Source: Bacteroidales bacterium
GTDB taxonomy: Bacteria; Bacteroidota; Bacteroidia; Bacteroidales; UBA3663
Length of the DNA: 64,000 nt
Direction of reading: 5' to 3'
Assembly (NCBI GenBank): GCA_017519885.1
Contig: JAFWRO010000014.1
Span: 38,086 to 102,085 of the forward strand
Shown: positions 26,672 to 36,688 of the stretch, piece after piece
Numbering within the stretch: the stretch's first letter is position 1
How the letters are laid out: each line of letters opens with the position of its first letter
Made by a program: the position numbers and the translations under genes
Notes under the pieces: generated by a model
Told to the model about the DNA's origin: nothing
Database searches by the model: none
What the model saw: only the letters and a program-made list of their open reading frames with translations

Positions 26672-27367
26672 ATGCGAACCCTCGAAATATGCGCCGGCGA
26701 CCTCGCCAGCGCCCAGGCAGCCGCTCAAGGCGGTGCTCAACGTATCGAACTCTGCTCTGCCCTCCAACTTGACGGGCTTACTCCCTCGGCCGAAACGATC
26801 GAGGGTGCTCGTCGTATCGAGGGACTAAAACTCCACGTCCTCATCCGTCCACGTGAAGGCGATTTTGTCTATGACGAAGCTGAGGCCAAAACGATGCTCC
26901 GCGACATCCACCTTGCCCACCGACTCGGTGCCGATGGCGTAGTTATCGGTGCATTAACCCCCGATGGCGACATCGACATCCCTCTTTGCCGCCGTCTCAT
27001 CGATGCCGCCCAAGATATGCAGGTCACCTTCCACCGCGCTTTCGACCATGCCCGCGACCCTTATCAAGCCCTCGAAAACATCATCGCCCTGGGCTGCACG
27101 CGTATCCTCACCTCTGGACAAGCCCCCACGGCCGAAGCCGGCATCCCCCTGCTTCGCCAACTCGTCCTTCAGGCCAATGGCCGCATCATCATCATGCCCG
27201 GCGCTGGCGTCACACCCACTAATGCTCGCTGCATCCTCGACGCCACTGGTGCCACCGAGATCCACGGCTCCCTCCGTTCCCTACACAACGGACTCCTCAT
27301 CACCGACCCCAGCCTCGTCCACCAAACAGTCCTCGCTATTTCAGACCCCCTCGGTCCCCCTGCTTAG
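26672..27367 (+). CDS. cutC: Copper homeostasis protein CutC family
   Basis: LEICA, GAQRIELC, GLTPS, LIRPREGDF, TFHRAFD, RILTSGQ. Confidence 0.92.
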   Translation: MRTLEICAGDLASAQAAAQGGAQRIELCSALQLDGLTPSAETIEGARRIEGLKLHVLIRPREGDFVYDEAEAKTMLRDIHLAHRLGADGVVIGALTPDGDIDIPLCRRLIDAAQDMQVTFHRAFDHARDPYQALENIIALGCTRILTSGQAPTAEAGIPLLRQLVLQANGRIIIMPGAGVTPTNARCILDATGATEIHGSLRSLHNGLLITDPSLVHQTVLAISDPLGPPA

Positions 27368-27451
27368 GGGGAGGACCCGCTTGTCCGGATTTGCCATCTC
27401 CCCTCTTCCCCCTTTTCAGCAAGCAGCGGTTGAACCGCTGCCCCCATTAAC

Positions 27452-30034
27452 ATGAAGCCCCTCCTTCCTCTCCTCGCCCTCCTCTCCCTCGCCTCCTGCA
27501 CAACCACGCCCGAGACCACCCGTGACGAAGCCCTCGCCTTCCTCTACGCCTCCATGCCCCTCCCCGACAGCGTGGACTATAGTCGTGACTTCTGGCTCCA
27601 GAATATCGACTGCGCCCTTCAGGCACGCCGCGAGATGCCGTGGGGACGCACCATTCCTGAACGCGAATGGCGCCACTTCGTCCTCCCCGTGCGTGTCAAC
27701 AACGAGAACCTCGACACGTGTCGCATGGTTTTCTATCCACAGCTCAAGGACCGCGTCAAGGACCTCTCGATGGCCGAAGCCATCCTCGAGGTGAACCATT
27801 GGTGCCACGAACGCGTCACCTATCAGCCCAGCGACGAACGCACCTCATCTCCCCTCGCCACCATCCGTACGGCCTACGGACGTTGCGGCGAGGAATCCAC
27901 CTTCCTCGTAGCAGCCTTGCGCAGCGTCGGCATACCTGCCCGCCAGGTCTATACCCCACGCTGGGCCCACACCGACGACAATCACGCCTGGGTCGAAGCA
28001 TGGGCTGACGGCGAGTGGCATTTCCTCGGTGCCTGCGAACCTGAACCCGTCCTCGACCTCGGCTGGTTCAATCAGCCTGCTTCGCGCGCTATGCTTATGC
28101 ATACCAAGGTCTTCGGCCAATACGATGGACCCGAAGAAGTGATGCAGCGCAACGCCTGCTTCACCGAAATCGACGTCACCAGCCGCTATGCTCCTGTAGC
28201 TCGCAGTTATGTCCAGGTGCTCGATGTCGAGGGTCATCCCGTGCCTGATGCCACAGTGGAATTCAAGATCTACAACTACGCCGAGTTCTACACCGTCCTG
28301 CGTCGTCAGACCGATGCCGAGGGCATCACCTCCATGCAGGCTGGACTGGGCGACCTCATCTGCTGGGCACACAAAGGCGATGCCTACGGTTTCTGCAAGA
28401 TTCACATCGGCGATACCGACACGCTACGCCTCACGCTCAATCATCATCCGGGCGAACGTTACAGCATCGATCTCGACATCGTGCCTCCTGACGAACGAAA
28501 CACGTTGCCCGAAGTCTCCCCCGAACAACGTGCGCTCAACACCCGGCGCTTGGCCTATGAGGATTCGCTCCGCAATGCCTACGTCGCCACCTTCCCCACG
28601 TCTGACGACCCGCTCTTCCTTGCCTCACGTGGCAATCATAAGGTAATCAATCAGTTCCTGAACCAGAATACCATCGTCGGTGAGACCATCAGCTCCAATC
28701 TTCGTCGTTCGTTGCTCAAGGCGCTTTCCGCCAAGGACCTCCGCGATGTCACACCTGACGTACTGAGTGATGCCTTCTTTGGCTTCGAGCCTGCCGAACT
28801 TGATGCGATGGATGACTTCAAGATGCAGTACGTCGTCAATCCGCGCGTTGCCAACGAAGGACTCCGTCCCTACAAGGCCTTCTTTGCCCAGCACATCAGC
28901 AACGAGCAGGCCAAGGCTTGGCGTGCCGATCCGCTGCAGCTTGCCGCTTGGATTGGCCAGAACATCGCGCTCGACACCACGCGCAATCCCCAGAACCTGC
29001 GTATGACACCCGTCGGAGCCTGGACCCACCGATGCTGTGATGCCACCTCGCGCGACATCCTCTTCGTCGCCATCGCCCGCAGTTGCCACATCCCCGCCCG
29101 GATCGATCCCGTGACCCGCAAACTACAGTTCGCCCAAATGGGAACCACGCCCCTCTGGACCGATGTTAACATCGAGGGCCCAAGCGTCGCCACCTCCGTC
29201 ATTCCCGCCCCGTCTGTTTCCGTGGCGACCAAGCTTGGTCGCCCATTTCGCCCCTCCACCCAGGGCGCCCTCTCCCTCACCTACCTCCCCTCGCGCTTCA
29301 ATCCCGATCCGAAATACTACACCCACTTCACCCTCTCGCAAATCAAGGATGGCTCGCCCGTCCTTCTCAACTACGGCGAAGGCGACACCCATCAAAGCCT
29401 TTTCGGCAACAATGCCACGTCGTTCGATTGTGGCGACTACATGCTCGTCACGGGCACACGTTTGGCCACAGGTTCCGTGCTCACCCATATCGAGGTCTTT
29501 CCCATAGTGAAGGACCAGAAGGTCAAGGTGCCGCTGATGCTACGTCAAGCCGACACGGGATTGCAGGTCATCGGCAACTTCAACAGCGAGAACCTCTACA
29601 ACGACCTCTCGCAGGGCACGAAATCCCTGCTCTCCACCACAGGTCGCGGCTATTACATCCTCGGCATCATCGCTCCCAATAACGAACCCTCCAACCATAC
29701 ACTGCGCGACATCGCCCAGTGCAAACAGGCTTTTGATCAATGGGGCATTCCCTTCGTCCTCCTCTTCCGCAACCAGCAGGACGCTGCCCGTTTCTCTGAC
29801 ACCCCCGCCCTCCCCGACAAAACCTTCTTCGGCACCGACATCGACGGCAAAATCCTCGGCGAACTATGCACTGAGATGCACATCAATAACCCCACTCTCC
29901 CCATCTTCATCATCGCCGACACCTTCAACCGCGTCGTCTTCCTCTCCGAAGGCTACACCATCGGCATCGGCGAACAGATAATCAAGGCAGAAAGCACTCT
30001 GACTGGCGACAGAATGCTTGCTCTTACAGAATAG
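27452..30034 (+). CDS. Transglutaminase-like domain lipoprotein
   Basis: Lipobox LASC; GRCGEES, YTPRWAHTDDNHAWVE catalytic-type motifs. Confidence 0.87.
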   Translation: MKPLLPLLALLSLASCTTTPETTRDEALAFLYASMPLPDSVDYSRDFWLQNIDCALQARREMPWGRTIPEREWRHFVLPVRVNNENLDTCRMVFYPQLKDRVKDLSMAEAILEVNHWCHERVTYQPSDERTSSPLATIRTAYGRCGEESTFLVAALRSVGIPARQVYTPRWAHTDDNHAWVEAWADGEWHFLGACEPEPVLDLGWFNQPASRAMLMHTKVFGQYDGPEEVMQRNACFTEIDVTSRYAPVARSYVQVLDVEGHPVPDATVEFKIYNYAEFYTVLRRQTDAEGITSMQAGLGDLICWAHKGDAYGFCKIHIGDTDTLRLTLNHHPGERYSIDLDIVPPDERNTLPEVSPEQRALNTRRLAYEDSLRNAYVATFPTSDDPLFLASRGNHKVINQFLNQNTIVGETISSNLRRSLLKALSAKDLRDVTPDVLSDAFFGFEPAELDAMDDFKMQYVVNPRVANEGLRPYKAFFAQHISNEQAKAWRADPLQLAAWIGQNIALDTTRNPQNLRMTPVGAWTHRCCDATSRDILFVAIARSCHIPARIDPVTRKLQFAQMGTTPLWTDVNIEGPSVATSVIPAPSVSVATKLGRPFRPSTQGALSLTYLPSRFNPDPKYYTHFTLSQIKDGSPVLLNYGEGDTHQSLFGNNATSFDCGDYMLVTGTRLATGSVLTHIEVFPIVKDQKVKVPLMLRQADTGLQVIGNFNSENLYNDLSQGTKSLLSTTGRGYYILGIIAPNNEPSNHTLRDIAQCKQAFDQWGIPFVLLFRNQQDAARFSDTPALPDKTFFGTDIDGKILGELCTEMHINNPTLPIFIIADTFNRVVFLSEGYTIGIGEQIIKAESTLTGDRMLALTE
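29222..29243 (+). repeat. REP-like palindrome copy inside a CDS
   Basis: tctgtttcc gtGGCGACCAAGCTTGGTCGCC, perfect 20-bp palindrome, in frame. Confidence 0.65.
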
Positions 30035-30393
30035 AGCATCGTGACGGCCGTCAGAATGTTTGCGCAAATGGATGAAACACTCTGACGGCCGTCAGAGTAC
30101 TCGCTCCTATCGAATAGAGCATTATGACGCGCGACAGAGTGTTTCCGCAAATGGATAAAGCATTCTGACGCGCGACAGAGTACTTGCTTCTACATAAAGA
30201 AGCATAATGACGGCCGACAAAGTGTTTGCGCAAATGGATAGAGTACTCTGTCGGCCGACAGAGTACTTGCTGCTACAGGAGAAAGCATCATAACGGCCGT
30301 CAGAATGCTTGCTCCTACGAGATAAAGCATCGTGACGGCCGTCAGAATGTTTGCGCAAATGGATAAAGTACTCTGACGCGCGTCAGAGTGCTT
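29992..30393. repeat. Tandem array of ten 28-bp palindromes with 13-14-bp linkers
   Basis: Consensus AAGCACTCTGACG(GC/CG)CGTCAGAGTGCTT; units start at 29992, 30034, 30075, 30117, 30158, 30200, 30241, 30283, 30325, 30366. Confidence 0.92.
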
Positions 30394-30422
30394 GCTCCCC
30401 TATTCAAGAAAAAAGAAATTTA

Positions 30423-31175
30423 TCAAATCAGCATCAGGATGACAGAGATCCAGGTGACTATGGTGATGAAGCGACGGAAAATCTTTTCGGGCAGCCAACG
30501 CACCAGACGCAAGCCGAGCAGACCGCCCAGGGCGATGAAGGGCAGACAGCAGAGATCGGCCGCGAACGTGTGAAGCGTAATGTTGTGCCACGCGAAGATC
30601 TGGAGTGGCACTTTCAGCAGGTTCACCACCATGAAGAACCACGCATTGGTGCCTACGAAGTTCATCTTCGGCATCTTGGTCGATAGCAGATAGATGGCCA
30701 TCACGGGACCTGCCGCATTGCCTATCATCGTGGTGAAACCGCCCAGCAAGCCGAACAACGGCCCATACCACCACTTGTCGATGAGCATGTTCTGTTTGCC
30801 ACGAAACTCGGTCACCATCATCAGGATAAGCACGAAGAGCAGACAGGCGCCCATGAGTTTCTTGAACTCGGAGGCGGGCACGAAGTGATCGACGGCAAGT
30901 GCCACAAAGAAGCCGGCAATGGCCGAGGGCAGCAGCCGAACGATGTAGGTCCAGTTGGCTACGCGACGATAATGCATCACCGCGAAGATGTCGGCCATGC
31001 AGAGCAGAGGCAGCATGAGGCCTGTGGAAGGCTTTGCCCCGAAACTCAGTGCCATAAGGGGAATCACGAGCAGCGTCACTCCTTGTATTCCCGACTTCGA
31101 CATACCCACAAGCAACGCGGTGAGTGCCAGTAGCACCCACTGCGATGTTTGATATGTCAAAAAGAATTCGCTCAT
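30423..31175 (-). CDS. TauE/SafE (TSUP) family membrane protein
   Basis: LVGMSKSG, STGLMLPLLCMAD, GFTTMIGNAAGP. Confidence 0.87.
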   Translation of the reverse strand: MSEFFLTYQTSQWVLLALTALLVGMSKSGIQGVTLLVIPLMALSFGAKPSTGLMLPLLCMADIFAVMHYRRVANWTYIVRLLPSAIAGFFVALAVDHFVPASEFKKLMGACLLFVLILMMVTEFRGKQNMLIDKWWYGPLFGLLGGFTTMIGNAAGPVMAIYLLSTKMPKMNFVGTNAWFFMVVNLLKVPLQIFAWHNITLHTFAADLCCLPFIALGGLLGLRLVRWLPEKIFRRFITIVTWISVILMLI

Positions 31176-32303
31176 TTACTCTATCTTTCCTGCCATGCGG
31201 AGACGGACGGGAGCAGGAGTAGAGGGAGCCGTGATTGCAGCTGTGTTGACAGGCTGCTGGTTGCCCACTATGTCGAACTGGAGGGTTGCACCATCACCGC
31301 GTACGTCGATGGTGACAGGAGCGCCCATCACGAGGGGCAGATTCACGTCGCCATGTCCAGCGGGGAAGCCGCAGAGCACGGGGATGCGATAGTCCTTCAG
31401 CATCTCGTGGAGCATGGCCTCGACACTGATAGTCGTGCCATCGGGCTGCTTGAACTCGGTGCCGCAATCGGTGAACTCTCCAAGGATGATGCCATTGCAG
31501 CGGTCAAGTACACCATTCATCTGCAGGATACGCATCTGACGATCGATGTTGTGCATTGACTCCTCAACCTCCTCGATGAAGAGTATCAGGTTCTTTCCCT
31601 TGGTGGCATCGGCCTGTGAGCCGAGGTTGGGCACGAAAGTGCAGATGTTTCCTCCAACGAGCACACCACTGGCCTTGCCCTCGATGTTCTGTTCATGAGC
31701 AGGCAGTTCGTAGCGCGGAACGTTGCCGAGCAACAGGTCACGCAAGAGGATGCTGGAGGCATCGGTGCCACCCTTGGCGAGGAATGAACTCATGGTGCCG
31801 TGGATGCTCATCACCCCTGCACAGCTCCACAAGCCATGGAGTGTGGAGATGTCGCTGAAGCCGATGATCCACTTGGGCGAAGCCTTGATTACGGAGAGCG
31901 ACAGGCGGTCGATGAGCTGGATGGATCCATAGCCGCCACGGTTACAGAGGATAGCCTTGATGGAAGGGTCGCTGAGCGCCCAACGGAGGTCGCTGACGCG
32001 TTCGGCTACGGTTCCGGCATATTTTCCATCGACAATCTTACCTACGTTGGGACCGATGACGGGTTCGAATCCCCAGGCACGCAGGAGGTTGGCCGTCTTC
32101 TCGACATTCTCCATCGGAGTGAAGTAAGAGGGCGAGACAAGTGCCACCTTGTCGCCTGCCTTGAGGTAGTCGGGCTTGACGCATCTTTGCACATTTTGGT
32201 CAGGATTGACGAAATCGGGGTCATCGCCTTCGCACGAAGACAACATAAACATACTTATGGCAGCCATCAGGGTAGCTACTGCCATCAAAATAATCTTTTT
32301 CAT
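31176..32303 (-). CDS. LD-carboxypeptidase (S66) lipoprotein
   Basis: Lipobox LSSC; LKAGDKVALVSPS, RGGYG, GFSDIS, GGN, LFIEE, PAGH. Confidence 0.9.
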   Translation of the reverse strand: MKKIILMAVATLMAAISMFMLSSCEGDDPDFVNPDQNVQRCVKPDYLKAGDKVALVSPSYFTPMENVEKTANLLRAWGFEPVIGPNVGKIVDGKYAGTVAERVSDLRWALSDPSIKAILCNRGGYGSIQLIDRLSLSVIKASPKWIIGFSDISTLHGLWSCAGVMSIHGTMSSFLAKGGTDASSILLRDLLLGNVPRYELPAHEQNIEGKASGVLVGGNICTFVPNLGSQADATKGKNLILFIEEVEESMHNIDRQMRILQMNGVLDRCNGIILGEFTDCGTEFKQPDGTTISVEAMLHEMLKDYRIPVLCGFPAGHGDVNLPLVMGAPVTIDVRGDGATLQFDIVGNQQPVNTAAITAPSTPAPVRLRMAGKIE

Positions 32304-32375
32304 TTGTTTTTAAATATCTAAATCGGACGCAAAGATACTGCTTTTTTGCGATATGTCCAAACTTTTTTTAAAGAA

Positions 32376-32412
32376 TCGCAAGCGAAGGGCAATTGGAGCC
32401 TTTCACTTGCGA
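32376..32412 (-). terminator. Hairpin after the SIMPL gene
   Basis: TCGCAAGCGAAGGGC...GCCTTTCACTTGCGA. Confidence 0.55.
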
Positions 32413-32440
32413 CTGAATTGTTTCTGAAGGAATGGAAGAG

Positions 32441-33127
32441 TTACTTCAGATAGTACTCGATAGTGGTAACGACGCGGACCTTACGCTTGTGGGGCATAAC
32501 CTCGTCGCTCTCGATCTCGAACTGACCCTGGCGTGCAGTGCAGATGCTACCGAGCTTTGCTCCGGCATCTTCGGCAAACTTCTGTGCCACGATGCGTGCG
32601 TTCTTGGTGGCTTCCTCCACCATCTCGGGCTTCAGGTCGTTCAAGCCAGTGTATTCGTAACTGCAGTAACTGTTGTCGAGGAGAACACCCTGCTTGAGCA
32701 GGTCGAGTTGCTTCATACGCAGCGTCATGATTTTCTCAACGTCGGACGAAACGATGGTGAGACGACCGGTCACAACGAAACGTGCCATAACATCCTTCTT
32801 CTCGTTCCAGTTGTACCATGAGGAACGGTCCTCAGCCGAAGGAACATCGAGGAAGATCTCGTCCTCCTTCACGCCATTTGACTTGAGGAACTTGATGAGT
32901 TTGTCCTGCTTTGGCTCGAGGCTCTCGTAGAGGAACTCAAGTGCATTGCCGGCCACGTTGTACGACAGCGACCAGGTCACCTTGTCTGCCATAACTTCGC
33001 GCTCAGAAAGGCCCTTGACGGTAACATGACGATCCTTGTTGGCAATCTTTTCGATGCCACAATAGATGAAGTAACCCGACAGGGCTACTCCGATACCCAG
33101 GATCAATGCCCAAACATAATTTTTCAT
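32441..33127 (-). CDS. SIMPL (DUF541) domain protein
   Basis: VTVKGLSEREVMAD, LKPEMVEEATKNAR..AQKFAED, ARQGQFEI, KVRVVTTIEYYL. Confidence 0.88.
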   Translation of the reverse strand: MKNYVWALILGIGVALSGYFIYCGIEKIANKDRHVTVKGLSEREVMADKVTWSLSYNVAGNALEFLYESLEPKQDKLIKFLKSNGVKEDEIFLDVPSAEDRSSWYNWNEKKDVMARFVVTGRLTIVSSDVEKIMTLRMKQLDLLKQGVLLDNSYCSYEYTGLNDLKPEMVEEATKNARIVAQKFAEDAGAKLGSICTARQGQFEIESDEVMPHKRKVRVVTTIEYYLK

Positions 33128-33169
33128 TGCTGTAAATGTAAAGAGTAAAAAAATGGTTTTATTACGATG

Positions 33170-33301
33170 CAAAGATAGCGGTTTCTGCCGAAATATGCAA
33201 GAAAAAGGATGGAAAAAAGTACGAAACATATTCACCTTTGTACGAAAACCGTTTTTGAACGGCAAATTATATGGCAAAATAAAAAGAAAAACGTATCTTT
33301 G
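33170..33301. promoter_or_regulatory. Divergent promoter pair with a GTACGAAA direct repeat (21-bp period) between them
   Basis: CAAAGATA 33170-33177 (minus), TATCTTTG 33294-33301 (plus), GTACGAAA at 33219 and 33240. Confidence 0.6.
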
Positions 33302-33320
33302 CAGCACAATTTTGATCCAT

Positions 33321-36300
33321 ATGAAACGCTTGCTCATCACACTCATCGCGCTATGCACGCTGGCTACAGCCGGGGCGCAGCGCCAACGCTACAACTTCAA
33401 CTCCGATTGGAACATCACGTTTGCCGACCCCGACACGAATCCGTCGGCCGAGGCAAAGAAGGTCACCTTGCCCCACGCATGGAACGAGGACTATGCCTTC
33501 ATGGTCGAGATACGGCAACATCCCGATGCCGAGGTTTGGTACCGGAAGACATTCTCACTGCCTGCTTCGGACGCAGGGAAGCATGTCATAGTAGAATTCG
33601 AAGGCGCACGCCAGGCGGCTGAGGTTTGGATCAACGGACATCGTCTGGGCCTGCACGAGAACGGCGTCATGGCATTCGGCTTCGACCTGACACCTTATAT
33701 AAATTATGCGGGCGTGAACGTCCTAAAAGTGCGCACTGACAACAACTGGAGTTATCAGGAGCAGGCCACAGGTACGCGTTTCCAATGGAACAATTCGAAC
33801 TTCAACGCCAACTTCGGAGGTCTGCCCAAGAACGTCTGGTTGCACGTTGCAGGCGATATCTATCAGACACTACCCCTCTATTCTGGCCTTGGCACAACGG
33901 GAACCTACATCTACGGCACGGACTACGACATCAAGGGCCGCAAGGTGACGGTGAATGCCGAATCGCAGGTCATCAACGCTTCGGACAAGCCGCAGCGCGT
34001 GGCCTTACAGGTAGAGGTGCTCGACATCGACGGCAAACTTGTCGGCAAGTACAAGGGTCGTTCGCAAGTGATTGCTGCTGGCGATACGGCAGTAATCGGA
34101 GCTTCGCGCAGACTCAGCGGCATAAACTTCTGGTCGTGGGGCTACGGATACCTTTATAACGTCAAGACCAGCCTCATCGTGGGCGGCAAGACCTTCGACA
34201 CGGTAGAGACCCGCACAGGTTTCCGCAAGACACGTTTCGCCGAAGGTAAGATCTGGCTCAACGACCGCGTTCTGATGATGCACGGCTACGCCCAACGCAC
34301 TTCGAACGAATGGCCTGGCGTAGGTATGAGTGTGCCTGCTTGGCTAAGCGACTACTCCAACGACCTGATGGTGCGTTCGGGAGGCAATCTGGTGCGATGG
34401 ATGCACGTCACTCCCTGGAAGCAGGATGTAGAATCGTGCGACCGCGTGGGCCTTATCCAGGCAATGCCTGCGGGTGATGCCGAGAAGGACTGCAAGGGAC
34501 GACAGTGGGAGCAACGCTGCGAACTGATGCGAGATGCCATCATCTACAACCGCAACAACCCGTCCATCCTCTTCTACGAGGGCGGCAACGAGAGCATCAG
34601 CCGTGAGCATATGGTGGAACTGAAGGAGATTCGCGACCGCTTTGACCCCTATGGCGGACGTGCCACCGGTAGCCGAGAGATGCTCGACATCAACGAGGCA
34701 GAATACGGTGGCGAAATGCTCTACATCAACAAGAGCGGCAAGCACCCTATGTGGGCTATGGAATATTGCCGCGACGAGGGCTATCGCCAGTATTGGGACA
34801 ACTATTCGTACCCCTTCCACCAAGAGGGTGCAGGCCCCTGGTACCGCAAGGCTCCTGCCGACATCTACAACCACAATTCCGACGAACTTGCCATCGAGCA
34901 CATCCGTCGTTGGTACGACTACTACGAACAACGTCCCGGACAAGGCCGACGTGTGAGCGCAGGCGGCGTGAAGATTATCTTTTCGGACACCAATACCCAC
35001 GGACGTTCGGAGTTCAGTTATCGTGTGTCGGGCGTGGTCGATCCCATGCGCATCGAGAAGGAAGGATTCTATGCGGCTCAGGTGATGTGGAACAGTTGGG
35101 TCGATATCGATTATAGCCGCACCCACATCATGGGCCACTGGAACTATCCGGAAGGAGTCAAGAAGAACATCTACGTGGTTTCGACCGACCCTGTGGTTGA
35201 CCTGCTAATCAACGATAGCCTCGTGGCACGTAGCACACAGGCCGAATACCGTTTCCTGCATACGTTCAAGAACGTCACATACGTACCAGGCACAATTCGT
35301 GCCGTGGGCTACAGCGACGCTTCTGGAAGCACTGCGAGCAGTTGTGACAGCATCGAGACTGCCGGTCCTGCCGACCACCTCAAACTCACACTTATCCAAA
35401 GTCCCAATGGAATGGTGGCCGATGGTGCCGACATGGCGCTCGTGCAAGTGGAGGTAGTGGATAGCGAAGGTCGTCGCTGCCCCACCGACAATCATCTCAT
35501 CACCTGGAAGGTGGAAGGCCCAGCCGAATACCGAGGAGGCATTGCCAAGAGCCCCGATTTCGACAATTACATCCTTGCGGAGACGCTGCCCGTGGAATGT
35601 GGCGTGAACCGCGTACTGGTACGTTCGACCACAACACCGGGCGCTATCCGCGTCACCGCCTCGGCGCGTGGACTGGGTAATGCAGGCGCCAGCAGTGGCG
35701 AAGCTGCCGCTTCGACCATCGTCGGTCCTAATCCTTCGGGATGGAGCGGTAATGGCGCATCGACCAACCGTGAATGGACCACGGCCGAGGTAAGCTGGCA
35801 GACACGCCCCGTGCCCGGCGAGGTGAATGCGGGACTCAGCACCTATATCGCGGGTGCTGCCCTCCCTTGCATCCTTGACCGAGGCGAGACTCCTTTGACT
35901 CCCTCCTACGTAGATCGCTTCGAGACCATCGGCATCACTTCGGCCGAAGCAGGGGCCAACACAAATGAGGCAAAGAGCAGTTTCGATGACAACGAACTCA
36001 GCGAATGGCGCAACGACGGACGCCTCTCGACAGCGTGGATCACCTACACGCTGGATCGTCCTGCTGCCATTGACCATATCAGCCTCAAGCTGACGGGATG
36101 GCGCCAGCGCAGTTATCCGATTGAGATCTATGCAGATGAGACGCTCGTCTGGAAGGGCGACACTCCCAAGTCGCTTGGCTACGTGGAACTCGACATCGAG
36201 CAGCCTGTCGAGGCTAAGACCTACACCATCCGACAGGTGGGTTCGGCCACCGACAAGGAAGCCTTCGGACAAATCGTCGAACTGGCAGCCCCCAACGCTG

Positions 36301-36389
36301 GCGAACTCGACCTCTACAAGAGCGCCGATGGCGACAAAGTGAAAGGCGAGCTCCGCATCGTGGAGATTGATTTCCTGAAACGTTATTAA
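33321..36389 (+). CDS. Glycoside hydrolase family 2 (beta-galactosidase-like), secreted
   Basis: Signal peptide; VTLPHAWN, WYRKTF, VEFEGARQAAEVWING, RNNPSILFYEGGNE. Confidence 0.87.
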   Translation: MKRLLITLIALCTLATAGAQRQRYNFNSDWNITFADPDTNPSAEAKKVTLPHAWNEDYAFMVEIRQHPDAEVWYRKTFSLPASDAGKHVIVEFEGARQAAEVWINGHRLGLHENGVMAFGFDLTPYINYAGVNVLKVRTDNNWSYQEQATGTRFQWNNSNFNANFGGLPKNVWLHVAGDIYQTLPLYSGLGTTGTYIYGTDYDIKGRKVTVNAESQVINASDKPQRVALQVEVLDIDGKLVGKYKGRSQVIAAGDTAVIGASRRLSGINFWSWGYGYLYNVKTSLIVGGKTFDTVETRTGFRKTRFAEGKIWLNDRVLMMHGYAQRTSNEWPGVGMSVPAWLSDYSNDLMVRSGGNLVRWMHVTPWKQDVESCDRVGLIQAMPAGDAEKDCKGRQWEQRCELMRDAIIYNRNNPSILFYEGGNESISREHMVELKEIRDRFDPYGGRATGSREMLDINEAEYGGEMLYINKSGKHPMWAMEYCRDEGYRQYWDNYSYPFHQEGAGPWYRKAPADIYNHNSDELAIEHIRRWYDYYEQRPGQGRRVSAGGVKIIFSDTNTHGRSEFSYRVSGVVDPMRIEKEGFYAAQVMWNSWVDIDYSRTHIMGHWNYPEGVKKNIYVVSTDPVVDLLINDSLVARSTQAEYRFLHTFKNVTYVPGTIRAVGYSDASGSTASSCDSIETAGPADHLKLTLIQSPNGMVADGADMALVQVEVVDSEGRRCPTDNHLITWKVEGPAEYRGGIAKSPDFDNYILAETLPVECGVNRVLVRSTTTPGAIRVTASARGLGNAGASSGEAAASTIVGPNPSGWSGNGASTNREWTTAEVSWQTRPVPGEVNAGLSTYIAGAALPCILDRGETPLTPSYVDRFETIGITSAEAGANTNEAKSSFDDNELSEWRNDGRLSTAWITYTLDRPAAIDHISLKLTGWRQRSYPIEIYADETLVWKGDTPKSLGYVELDIEQPVEAKTYTIRQVGSATDKEAFGQIVELAAPNAGELDLYKSADGDKVKGELRIVEIDFLKRY

Positions 36390-36688
36390 AGGATTTCGCA
36401 AACAAAAGCGACAATGCAGCAGACTGCTGCCACGGGGAAAAGTCCCCATCCAAACCAGGCGGCAACGATGCCAAAAAGCAAGGCAATGAATCCGCCCCAA
36501 GGCGAGGAGGTCGCCTGAATAATGGCGGGAAAGGTCATCACGGCAAGCGTGACGTAAGGCACGTAATAGAGGAAACTACGCAAGAAAGGATGAGTAATCT
36601 TCTTGCGAATCAACGTCATCGGCAGGACACGTATCAGATTGGTCACGAGGACCATGATGAAGAGGTAGATCAACAGGCTATGCTTCAT
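36386..36688 (-). CDS. azlD: AzlD family branched-chain amino acid transport protein
   Basis: VTNLIRVLP, FLYYVPYVTLAVM; directly downstream of azlC. Confidence 0.85.
   Translation of the reverse strand: MKHSLLIYLFIMVLVTNLIRVLPMTLIRKKITHPFLRSFLYYVPYVTLAVMTFPAIIQATSSPWGGFIALLFGIVAAWFGWGLFPVAAVCCIVAFVCEIL

Noticed and set aside
29864-30358. Short MRKH... ORFs on the minus strand
   Set aside because: They arise from TTG starts inside the palindrome array; no independent evidence of coding.
29992-30393. CRISPR array
   Set aside because: Linkers are only 13-14 bp and recur in two classes, the repeats are degenerate throughout, and there is no leader or cas gene in the window.
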